Assembly (NCBI GenBank): GCA_963541855.1
Contig: CAUTVM010000007.1
Span: 187-24,186 of the forward strand
Direction of reading: 5' to 3'
Source: an uncultured Erysipelotrichaceae bacterium
GTDB taxonomy: Bacteria; Bacillota_I; Bacilli_A; Erysipelotrichales; Erysipelotrichaceae
Length of the DNA stretch: 24,000 nt
The position numbers and the translations under genes were made by a program. Below, piece after piece: positions 16,390 to 23,308 of the stretch. Below the pieces are notes generated by a model that made no database searches, was not told the origin of the DNA, and worked only from the letters and a program-made list of their open reading frames with translations. The first letter of the stretch is position 1. Every line of letters starts with the position of its first letter.

Positions 16390-16977
16390 CTAAAACACCG
16401 CGTTCTCACGCTTTATCCATATGACTCTCGTCTTTGCAAAACGATCATGCAAGGCCTGATGAAAGGGCGTAAATGAAGCCATCAACACCGACAAGACAAG
16501 CAGGACCATGCTTGCATAAGACAGTATTTTCGCCACTGTCTCATTCGTCATTAACGTCAACAAGGATCCGATCGGATTTCCCGTCATTAACGATATGGTT
16601 TCTAAAAACAGCAAGATGACGATCTGACGCAAGGCAAGGCTCTTAGCGTCAACTGCACTTCCATTTGCCTGCACAATGGCAATGGACAAAAGCCGCTTCC
16701 CCGGTGTCTGCCCTGGCCATAGAAATAAAGGAAGCACATAAAAATAGGCTATCAGAATGAGAATCGCCAGCACAGCTGCCCAGATGCCCGAAGGGCCTAA
16801 GCCGACAATATCCAGATTGACCTTAGTTTCGCCGCTTTTTAAATTCCACATCAAAGCCGCCGGAGCCATGGATACAACCCCGCTCAAATACCAGTCCAGA
16901 ATAAATGCGGCCCAACGTTTCCACATCGGCGCGTCATTCTGTTTTATCGACATTTCTTTTTTGCTCTTCCTGCTCAT
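16390..16977 (-). CDS. RDD family membrane protein
   Basis: 195 aa with three or four hydrophobic segments. The RDD-type residues are 'WKRWAAFILDW' and C-terminal 'LHDRFAKTRVI'. Its start forms an ATGA overlap with the regulator stop (16974-16977). Confidence 0.8.
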   Translation of the reverse strand: MSRKSKKEMSIKQNDAPMWKRWAAFILDWYLSGVVSMAPAALMWNLKSGETKVNLDIVGLGPSGIWAAVLAILILIAYFYVLPLFLWPGQTPGKRLLSIAIVQANGSAVDAKSLALRQIVILLFLETISLMTGNPIGSLLTLMTNETVAKILSYASMVLLVLSVLMASFTPFHQALHDRFAKTRVIWIKRENAVF

Positions 16978-18917
16978 ATGTTCTCCTGTTCCGCCGTCAC
17001 AAAGCGAATCAATTCGGCCATGGATTTTGTTTCATGCAATTGCGCCAGCAGCTTGGGATGTTCGCTCACCGCGCTTAACCAATCCCAGAACAGGCGGAAT
17101 GCTTCGCGATCTTCCTGTCGAATCGCCAATAAAAAGATGGTTTTTACTTCATATTCTCCCCAGCGAACCGGCTCTTGCAATAAGGCGATGCTGATCGTGG
17201 AGTGAATGGCGGAAAAATGAAGCGGATGGGGTACCGCAAAGCCCGGTGCAAAACCGGTTGAAGAAAGGGTTTCCCGCGCAATGACCGAATCATAAAAACC
17301 TTTCTTTACACATTTTTTCTCTTCCATTTCCCGACACAGAAAAGACAGTATTTCCTGCATGCTGGACAGGTTGACATGGCGATAGAAAAATTCTTCTTTC
17401 AGCATCTTCTTCAAAGTTCGTGAAAAATCATCCCGCAGACGCTTGTGATCCAGATCATTCAAGGCCTTGAAAATTTTAAATTCATCATTTTCAGCCATAA
17501 ACATGGAAATCTGCACGGTCGGTATGGCTAAATCATGCTGCAGAGGAACCGTCGTCAAAATCAGATCCGGAGCCAAACCCATGATCTGCCGCTTTTCAAA
17601 ATACTGCAAAGTCGCATCAATCGTCAGCCGGTCAGAAAAATGATCGGTGATTTTGTTTTGACATAAAGTGCTCAGGCCGACATTGCTGGGCTGGATTAAA
17701 ACCGTATGATATTGACGATTGAGATTCAGCCGATCATATGCCGCCCCAAGGTGAAGAGCTAAAAAGCCAAGCTCCTCTTCCGAAATATGCATTCCCTTTT
17801 CTTCAATGATATTGCCGACAAAAACCGCCATTTCAAAGATCAGCGGATAATGGCTTTTGATTTCTTTGAGAAATACATTTTCCAGCTTCACATTCTGCTG
17901 TATGCGATCCAATAAATTGGTGATATGTAAGTTCAGTCCCACCTTCAGATTTTCATCCCGCCTGAAATCAATTGCATAGGTGGCCTCAATGCGATCAATG
18001 ATCTCATCAATCAACTCATTCATCGCGAAAGCCGCTTCACTTTCATTGCGTACTTTCTGCGCCCGTTTGCCCATCAGAAGAACGGCCAGCAAAATACATT
18101 CATTATCGTTATAGGCAAGCCCCAGCTTTTGGGAAACAATTTCATAAAAACGCCGCGATATCTGATATTCTTTTTTTTCGTGAATGCGGGCGACATCATA
18201 CTTGACATTTTGAACCAGATTCTGCTTCATCAGACGATCCAATGAAACCCCGATATGAATCATCAGAAAGGGGAAAATATCCTCGCGTATTTTATAATCA
18301 TAGGATTGCAAAACGGCTTCCAAAATCTCTTTGATTTCCAGCAGGTTGATATGTTCATACATCTTATCCAGCTCATTGAGGTTCAAGAAATTGCCTGCGG
18401 TCTCATTTGCAAGCATATCTTTATATAGACGGCGCTTGCTCTGTTCACTGCCCAACAAATAAATCGTGCCGTTTTTACGCTGCAATTTCAGATCTTCATA
18501 GACACCTGAAAGCATGGAGCGAATCTGTGCCAGGTCATTATCAATCGTATTGCTGCTGATATACAGATCGGCGGACACCTGCATCAGGTTTAACGATTTT
18601 GCGTCCGTCAATAATTTCAAAAGAATATATTTCTGACGCTCGGAAGCCGTCTGGGGAAGAGGGGAAGAAGTTTTAAGCGGATGCAGACCTGTCCCTTCTT
18701 TCATCCGATAGCCGTTGCGCACGCTGGCCTCCAGACGAGATGGATATATTTCCCGAATCAAAGCGATATCATGACGTACCGTCCGGCTTGTAACGCCCAA
18801 CGTTTCGGCAATTTCCGTGCCCGTTTTCCAGCCTCCCGACTGCAAAATATGAATAATCTGTTCTTGTCGTTTACTGATCACCTCTTCATCATAGTACGAC
18901 TCTCTTTTCCCCGCCAT
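16974..18917 (-). CDS. PRD-domain PTS regulator (LicR/MtlR/ManR-like: two HTH domains, two PRDs, an EIIB-like domain and an EIIA(Mtl/Fru)-like domain)
   Basis: The N-terminal HTH is 'TGTEIAETLGVTSRTVRHDIALI', with a second winged HTH around 'LMQVSADLYISSNTIDNDL'. PRD histidines are in 'LMIHIGVSLDRL', 'LNLHITNLLDRI' and 'LALHLGAAYDRL'. The C-terminal EIIA_2-like motif is 'GFAVPHPLH'. There is no AAA+/sigma-54 module. Confidence 0.9.
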   Translation of the reverse strand: MAGKRESYYDEEVISKRQEQIIHILQSGGWKTGTEIAETLGVTSRTVRHDIALIREIYPSRLEASVRNGYRMKEGTGLHPLKTSSPLPQTASERQKYILLKLLTDAKSLNLMQVSADLYISSNTIDNDLAQIRSMLSGVYEDLKLQRKNGTIYLLGSEQSKRRLYKDMLANETAGNFLNLNELDKMYEHINLLEIKEILEAVLQSYDYKIREDIFPFLMIHIGVSLDRLMKQNLVQNVKYDVARIHEKKEYQISRRFYEIVSQKLGLAYNDNECILLAVLLMGKRAQKVRNESEAAFAMNELIDEIIDRIEATYAIDFRRDENLKVGLNLHITNLLDRIQQNVKLENVFLKEIKSHYPLIFEMAVFVGNIIEEKGMHISEEELGFLALHLGAAYDRLNLNRQYHTVLIQPSNVGLSTLCQNKITDHFSDRLTIDATLQYFEKRQIMGLAPDLILTTVPLQHDLAIPTVQISMFMAENDEFKIFKALNDLDHKRLRDDFSRTLKKMLKEEFFYRHVNLSSMQEILSFLCREMEEKKCVKKGFYDSVIARETLSSTGFAPGFAVPHPLHFSAIHSTISIALLQEPVRWGEYEVKTIFLLAIRQEDREAFRLFWDWLSAVSEHPKLLAQLHETKSMAELIRFVTAEQENI

Positions 18918-18922
18918 GCTTG

Positions 18923-18945
18923 TTTTTCCTAACAGCTAGGAAAAA
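18923..18945. promoter_or_regulatory. Perfect 9-bp inverted repeat TTTTTCCTA-N5-TAGGAAAAA overlapping the regulator RBS
   Basis: 18923-18931 is the exact reverse complement of 18937-18945. On the minus strand the downstream arm contains AGGAAAAA, 5 nt before the ATG at 18917. A possible extended -10 (TGTTGTAAT, 18953..18945) lies immediately upstream. Confidence 0.4.
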
Positions 18946-18949
18946 TTAC

Positions 18950-18984
18950 AACATAAAAAAAGAACAGGGACTATGCCTTGTTCT
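18950..18984 (-). terminator. Rho-independent terminator of the tilS-hpt-ftsH unit
   Basis: The minus-strand RNA reads AGAACAAGG-CAUAGU-CCCUGUUCU, a 9-bp stem with one mismatch, followed by UUUUUUAUG. It overlaps the ftsH TAG stop. Confidence 0.65.
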
Positions 18985-20845
18985 CCTGTGTATCATTTGC
19001 GCTCACAACCTTTTCCGGTTTCGGCTCTTCAATCGGCTCTCCTTTAACCGCCCGATGAATCTGCTCTGCCGTCAGCGTTTCATTTTCAATCAAAGCTTCG
19101 GCAATCCGAATCAATTCCGCTTTATGCTCTTCCAGAACGGCCCGCGCCTTATCATGGCAATGGTTGACAATCTTGCGGACTTCCTGGTCAATCTCAAAAG
19201 CGACTTGTCCGGAAACATCGTTAGGACTATTGTAATCCCGGCCCAAAAAAACATTTTGCGTCGATCCGGAATTGTACTTGATCGGTCCCAGATCGCTCAT
19301 TCCGTAAAGGGTAACCATATCCTTGGCGATATTTGTCGCATGCTCGATATCATTGCTGGCGCCGGTCGTTACATCATCGAAAAACATTTCTTCCGCTACG
19401 CGCCCGCCCATATAAGAGGTAATCTCAGCCAGAAGCTCATTTCGCGTCGGCATGATCCGCTCTTCGGCCGGCGTCATCAGATTATAACCGCCTGCCGACC
19501 CGCGCGGAATAATCGTCACTTTCTGCACAATCTGCGCATGATCCAGAAATAAACCGATTACCGCATGCCCGGATTCATGATAAGCGACCAGTTTCTTTGT
19601 CTTTTCGTCATAAACGCGGCTTTTCTTTGCCGGCCCCATCATGACCCTGTCAATCGCCTCATCAATATCCGCCATGTGTACCTGCGTTTCCTGATTGCGA
19701 ACCGCAAGAATCGCCGCCTCGTTCAACACATTTTCCAAATCGGCGCCGCTGAAACCCGGCGTCCGCTTGGCTAAGTTATCCATATGCACGTCGTCTGCAA
19801 AATTTTTATTGCGCGCATGCACATTCAAGATTGCTTCACGCCCCTTACGATCCGGCAGGGCTACCGTAATCTGCCGGTCAAAACGGCCCGCACGCAACAA
19901 GGCCGGATCCAGAACATCGGGACGATTGGTTGCCGCAACGACAACGATCCCGCTGTTATCTTCCATACCGTCCATTTCAACCAGAAGCTGATTCAAGGTC
20001 TGCTCGCGTTCGTCATGTCCGCCGCCAAACCCGGCTCCGCGTTGCCGACCGACCGCATCAATTTCATCAATGAAGATGATACATGGCGCCGTCTGCTGTG
20101 CCTTTTTAAACATATCCCGCACGCGGCTGGCGCCGACGCCGACAAACATCTCGACAAAATCTGAACCGGAAATCGAATAAAACGGTACATTCGCTTCTCC
20201 GGCAACCGCCTTGGCAAGCAAGGTCTTACCAGTTCCCGGATGACCGCTCAGCAAAATCCCCTTCGGGATGCGCGCACCCATTTTTTTAAATTTAGCCGGT
20301 GACTTAAGATAATCAATAATCTCCGCCATTTCCTGCTTTTCTTCATCCGCTCCGGCCACATCCGCAAAGCGAACCCGTGACTTTGTTTCCAGACGTGCAC
20401 GCGACTTGCCGAAATCAAAAGCCTTGGCATTCGCTCCGCCATTGCTCATGCGGTTCATCATCCAGACGCCCAGAATAACAATAGCAATCATCGGTACCAA
20501 TGAGAACAGAGCTTCCAGAAAGGCATTGGACGCTTCCGCGTCCACAACGCTTACCGTTCCTTTCAGCTCTTTTAAAAGCATCTGCGTCGTTTCCTCATCC
20601 CCGGGCGCCGTCGCGGTAAAGGAAACCGTCTTCCCCTCCGCCGTTTTATATGTGCCCTTTACGGTGATGATATTGGAACCGATACTTAAAACCGACTCCG
20701 TGACATCTTCTTTCTGAATGGTCTTGGTCAGCTGATCATAGCTCAATGTCTTTGTCGTCTGCTCCGAATTCAGATAAAACAGACTGATCATTGCCGCAAA
20801 CACAATCAGATACGGCAGATAGTACATTACACTTTTCTTCTGCAT
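18971..20845 (-). CDS. ftsH: ATP-dependent zinc metalloprotease FtsH
   Basis: Walker A 'GHPGTGKT', Walker B 'IIFIDEIDA', SRH '[19 protein letters not shown]' and zinc site 'HESGHAV'. There are two N-terminal transmembrane helices and an AAGGAG RBS. Confidence 0.97.
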   Translation of the reverse strand: MQKKSVMYYLPYLIVFAAMISLFYLNSEQTTKTLSYDQLTKTIQKEDVTESVLSIGSNIITVKGTYKTAEGKTVSFTATAPGDEETTQMLLKELKGTVSVVDAEASNAFLEALFSLVPMIAIVILGVWMMNRMSNGGANAKAFDFGKSRARLETKSRVRFADVAGADEEKQEMAEIIDYLKSPAKFKKMGARIPKGILLSGHPGTGKTLLAKAVAGEANVPFYSISGSDFVEMFVGVGASRVRDMFKKAQQTAPCIIFIDEIDAVGRQRGAGFGGGHDEREQTLNQLLVEMDGMEDNSGIVVVAATNRPDVLDPALLRAGRFDRQITVALPDRKGREAILNVHARNKNFADDVHMDNLAKRTPGFSGADLENVLNEAAILAVRNQETQVHMADIDEAIDRVMMGPAKKSRVYDEKTKKLVAYHESGHAVIGLFLDHAQIVQKVTIIPRGSAGGYNLMTPAEERIMPTRNELLAEITSYMGGRVAEEMFFDDVTTGASNDIEHATNIAKDMVTLYGMSDLGPIKYNSGSTQNVFLGRDYNSPNDVSGQVAFEIDQEVRKIVNHCHDKARAVLEEHKAELIRIAEALIENETLTAEQIHRAVKGEPIEEPKPEKVVSANDTQENKA

Positions 20846-20860
20846 GAAATTTCTTACTCC

Positions 20861-21403
20861 TTAGTTTTGATACCGTTCATCTTTCAGGACACCGACATAA
20901 GGCAGACAGCGGTAATGCTGATTAAAATCCATGCCGAAGCCGACAACAAATTCATTTGCAATTTCAAAGCCGACATACTCCGCCCACTCATTCACCACCC
21001 GGCGGCTCGGCTTATTCAATAAGGTCACAACCTTAACGGTACGCGCCCCTTTGTTATACATCAGTTTCTTTACGCTTTCGATTGTTTTGCCCGTATCGAC
21101 GATATCTTCGACAAGCAGAATATCCAGCCCTTCAATCGAGGTATCCAGATCTTTGACGATCTTGATGTCGCCGGTGGACATCGTGCCGGCATAACTTGTA
21201 ACATCCATAAAATCATATTGGGCGTCCAGATCCAGATATTTAATCAATTCCGCCAGAAACGGCACCGATCCGCGCAGCAAACCCACTAACAGCGGACTGG
21301 ATCCCGCTGCTTTATAATCCTGTGAAATTTTCTGCCCAAGTTCCTTGCAGCGGGCATGAATCTCTTCTTCCCCGATGAGAATTTTTTTGATGTCCTGATT
21401 CAT
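20861..21403 (-). CDS. hpt: Hypoxanthine(-guanine) phosphoribosyltransferase
   Basis: 180 aa with the PRPP-binding motif 'ILLVEDIVDTGKT' and conserved position between tilS and ftsH. Confidence 0.95.
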   Translation of the reverse strand: MNQDIKKILIGEEEIHARCKELGQKISQDYKAAGSSPLLVGLLRGSVPFLAELIKYLDLDAQYDFMDVTSYAGTMSTGDIKIVKDLDTSIEGLDILLVEDIVDTGKTIESVKKLMYNKGARTVKVVTLLNKPSRRVVNEWAEYVGFEIANEFVVGFGMDFNQHYRCLPYVGVLKDERYQN

Positions 21404-22626
21404 CCTTTATAAGCCTCCATCGGGAAACATTGTATCACACAACACGACGGCTCACTAGAATGATGAAGCCGATCACAGCCGATTCCCGGCACCATGATCA
21501 CTTTCCCGTTTCGATCTGTTACAAGCGGCCAGACCTCTCTTTGCCAACGCGGAATTTTACGGTCAATAAACCAACGCCCTATTTTTTTAGTACCAAAGCG
21601 CATCGTCATGGCGTCCCCTTCTTTCCATGTCCTGATCGTTATGGGAAAATCCGCCGCGCTCAAGGTACACGCATAGATACCCGGACGGCCCGCTTCTATA
21701 CGAAACCATCTTGCTTTTGCCCTTTGTAAATCTTGCCGCGTTTCATAGGTGAACGCGTATGCGTGCGGTATGGCCATGACCCACAATACGCCCTTGGCAA
21801 TCACCAGCTGACGATCCTTCGCTTTTAAAGCATAATCCTGTCTTTTCAGAATAATCCGGTCCCATTCGCGAATATGAGCCAGGCGGGCATGATCCGCCCG
21901 CATCATCTTTCTTAACAGCAGCAGCCGATCCGCTTCGGCAAGATGACGATAAAATGAAAGCCGGATTTCACCATGGGCCGCATATGTTTCCGCCTGTATA
22001 CGGCATTTTTGAAGTTCATCATTTTTTCGCTGTATTTCCGCCCGCATGCACTTTCGCTGTGCCAAAGAAAGCGGTTGAATTTCCATATGCCGGATGCGAT
22101 TGCGCGCATAGGAAAGATCGTCATTGCTGACATCGTGAAAATAGCATATATGATGTTTCCGGCAATACATTTCCAAATCCGCTTTGGTAAAGGCAAGCAA
22201 AGGCCGGCGAATCAAAACCCCTTCATATCTTGTTTCCGCCTGTATCCCATAGTATGCAGGAATGATATTTCTTTCTCTTTGCATACAATAGGTTTCCAAT
22301 ACATCATCTTCCTGATGCGCGATCAGCACGCCGCTATATCCATATTGCCTTACAATGGAAACAAAAAAATCATAGCGCCAGGTTCGTGCGGACGCCTCAA
22401 AATTTCCATGCGGCATAAAAGGGCGATTCTCTACGTGACAGACAAGATCATGCTCCTTACAGAATTGACGGACATATGCCTCTTCCGCTTCCGACTGCCT
22501 GCGCGTGTGGTAATTGACATGAGCCACCGCGATCGACATTCCTTTTTCCAGACACATGGAAAGCAAAGCCATTGAGTCGGCACCGGCCGATACCGCCGCC
22601 AGCCATGTTTTCGAGGTCTCATCCAT
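21400..22626 (-). CDS. tilS: tRNA(Ile)-lysidine synthetase
   Basis: The N-terminal PP-loop is 'AAVSAGADSMALL', a variant of SGGxDS. The C-terminal TilS domain is 'KEGDAMTMRFGTKKIGRWFIDRKIPRWQREVWPLV'. It forms an ATGA overlap with hpt. Confidence 0.9.
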   Translation of the reverse strand: MDETSKTWLAAVSAGADSMALLSMCLEKGMSIAVAHVNYHTRRQSEAEEAYVRQFCKEHDLVCHVENRPFMPHGNFEASARTWRYDFFVSIVRQYGYSGVLIAHQEDDVLETYCMQRERNIIPAYYGIQAETRYEGVLIRRPLLAFTKADLEMYCRKHHICYFHDVSNDDLSYARNRIRHMEIQPLSLAQRKCMRAEIQRKNDELQKCRIQAETYAAHGEIRLSFYRHLAEADRLLLLRKMMRADHARLAHIREWDRIILKRQDYALKAKDRQLVIAKGVLWVMAIPHAYAFTYETRQDLQRAKARWFRIEAGRPGIYACTLSAADFPITIRTWKEGDAMTMRFGTKKIGRWFIDRKIPRWQREVWPLVTDRNGKVIMVPGIGCDRLHHSSEPSCCVIQCFPMEAYKG

Positions 22627-22638
22627 GCCCTTATCCTA

Positions 22639-23208
22639 TCATGAACAAGCATGCTTCATCATGGCAAATACGCGTTCCTCAATGCTTTTAAATTGTGCAC
22701 AGGACGGTTCAATATGCGCCTTTACTTCCAAAATCCGTGCGGTATTGATATAGCGCATGTCATTGAGAAACAGAACGGATGGCTTATGCATTCCCTTAGG
22801 CTGCCCGATCGCACACAGATGGTGCTGACCATCGGGATTTGTTAAAGGATCATAGGCCCGCATCACTTGTCGAGCGTTGCTGGTCATCGGAATGACAAGG
22901 GCTTTGTGCTGAACAAGGCGAAAAATCAATCCAAAATGCTGAAATCCACATTCATTCAAATAGGCCGGGCCGAAATCCATATAGCATATATCTCCGATAT
23001 GGGGACAGATACCGATTTCTACTGCCGTATGCATATGGCGACGCATGACCCAGTTTACTTCTGAAATAAGAATAGAATATGACATTTCCTTGTCCATCTG
23101 CTCAAATAAAGCTCGACGGACGCCCATATAATGAAGCCATTGCGGCGGCAGCGGACGCCCTTCCTTCTTGACCTCTCCCATATAGGCCTGCACATCTTTA
23201 AATCGCAT
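22639..23208 (-). CDS. MazF/PemK-fold protein with a roughly 70-aa N-terminal extension (189 aa)
   Basis: The core 'GDICYMDFGPAYLNECGFQHFGLIF...KALVIPMTSN...SVLFLNDMRYINTARILE' follows the MazF/PemK pattern (GDI..vDF.P..G.E..g.RP.lv...viv.PiTS...S.vl.dQiRtid..Rl). I chose the ATG at 23208 because AGGAGG lies 8 nt upstream. The longer track ORF (to 23370) overlaps the flavoprotein gene and its terminator. Confidence 0.55.
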   Translation of the reverse strand: MRFKDVQAYMGEVKKEGRPLPPQWLHYMGVRRALFEQMDKEMSYSILISEVNWVMRRHMHTAVEIGICPHIGDICYMDFGPAYLNECGFQHFGLIFRLVQHKALVIPMTSNARQVMRAYDPLTNPDGQHHLCAIGQPKGMHKPSVLFLNDMRYINTARILEVKAHIEPSCAQFKSIEERVFAMMKHACS

Positions 23209-23252
23209 CTTATTGATCCTCCTGCTTGTTTCTTTGCCAAAGCAGCCGCAAA

Positions 23253-23292
23253 TTAAAAAAATGCGGCAGAAGAATATATCCTCTTGCCGCCA
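23253..23292 (-). terminator. Rho-independent terminator after the flavoprotein gene
   Basis: The minus-strand RNA has GCGGCAAGAG (loop GAUAUAUU) CUUCUGCCGC followed by AUUUUUUUAAUU. It lies about 20 nt downstream of the stop at 23309. Confidence 0.7.
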
Positions 23293-23308
23293 TTTTTGTG
23301 CAATATGC

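Noticed and set aside
16426-16446. Possible cre (CcpA) sites: TGCAAAACGATCATGCA at 16434-16450 and TGAAGCGCATGT in the EIIA-EIIB spacer at 16007-16018. Also a possible sigma-54 -24/-12 promoter for the PTS genes.
   Set aside because: In both cre-like candidates the TG-to-CG spacing is off by one relative to the TGWAANCGNTNWCA consensus. I found no TGGCA-N7-TGC element, and the regulator lacks an AAA+ sigma-54 activation domain.
18920-19552. Long plus-strand ORFs antisense to real genes. Examples are 18920-19552, 7291-7848, 10175-10903, 4455-4994, 6292-6825, 13045-13590 and 21973-22575.
   Set aside because: Each lies entirely within a minus-strand gene that has clear family motifs. Their translations are low-complexity and rich in R, S and P with no recognisable motifs, and they lack ribosome binding sites. 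These are typical shadow ORFs.
21400-22626. The TilS PP-loop reads SAGADS instead of SGGxDS, after a short 12-residue N-terminal lead.
   Set aside because: This is a conservative Gly-to-Ala change within a glycine-rich loop. The rest of the protein, including the C-terminal TilS domain, is intact and the synteny is canonical. It is probably lineage variation and not loss of function.
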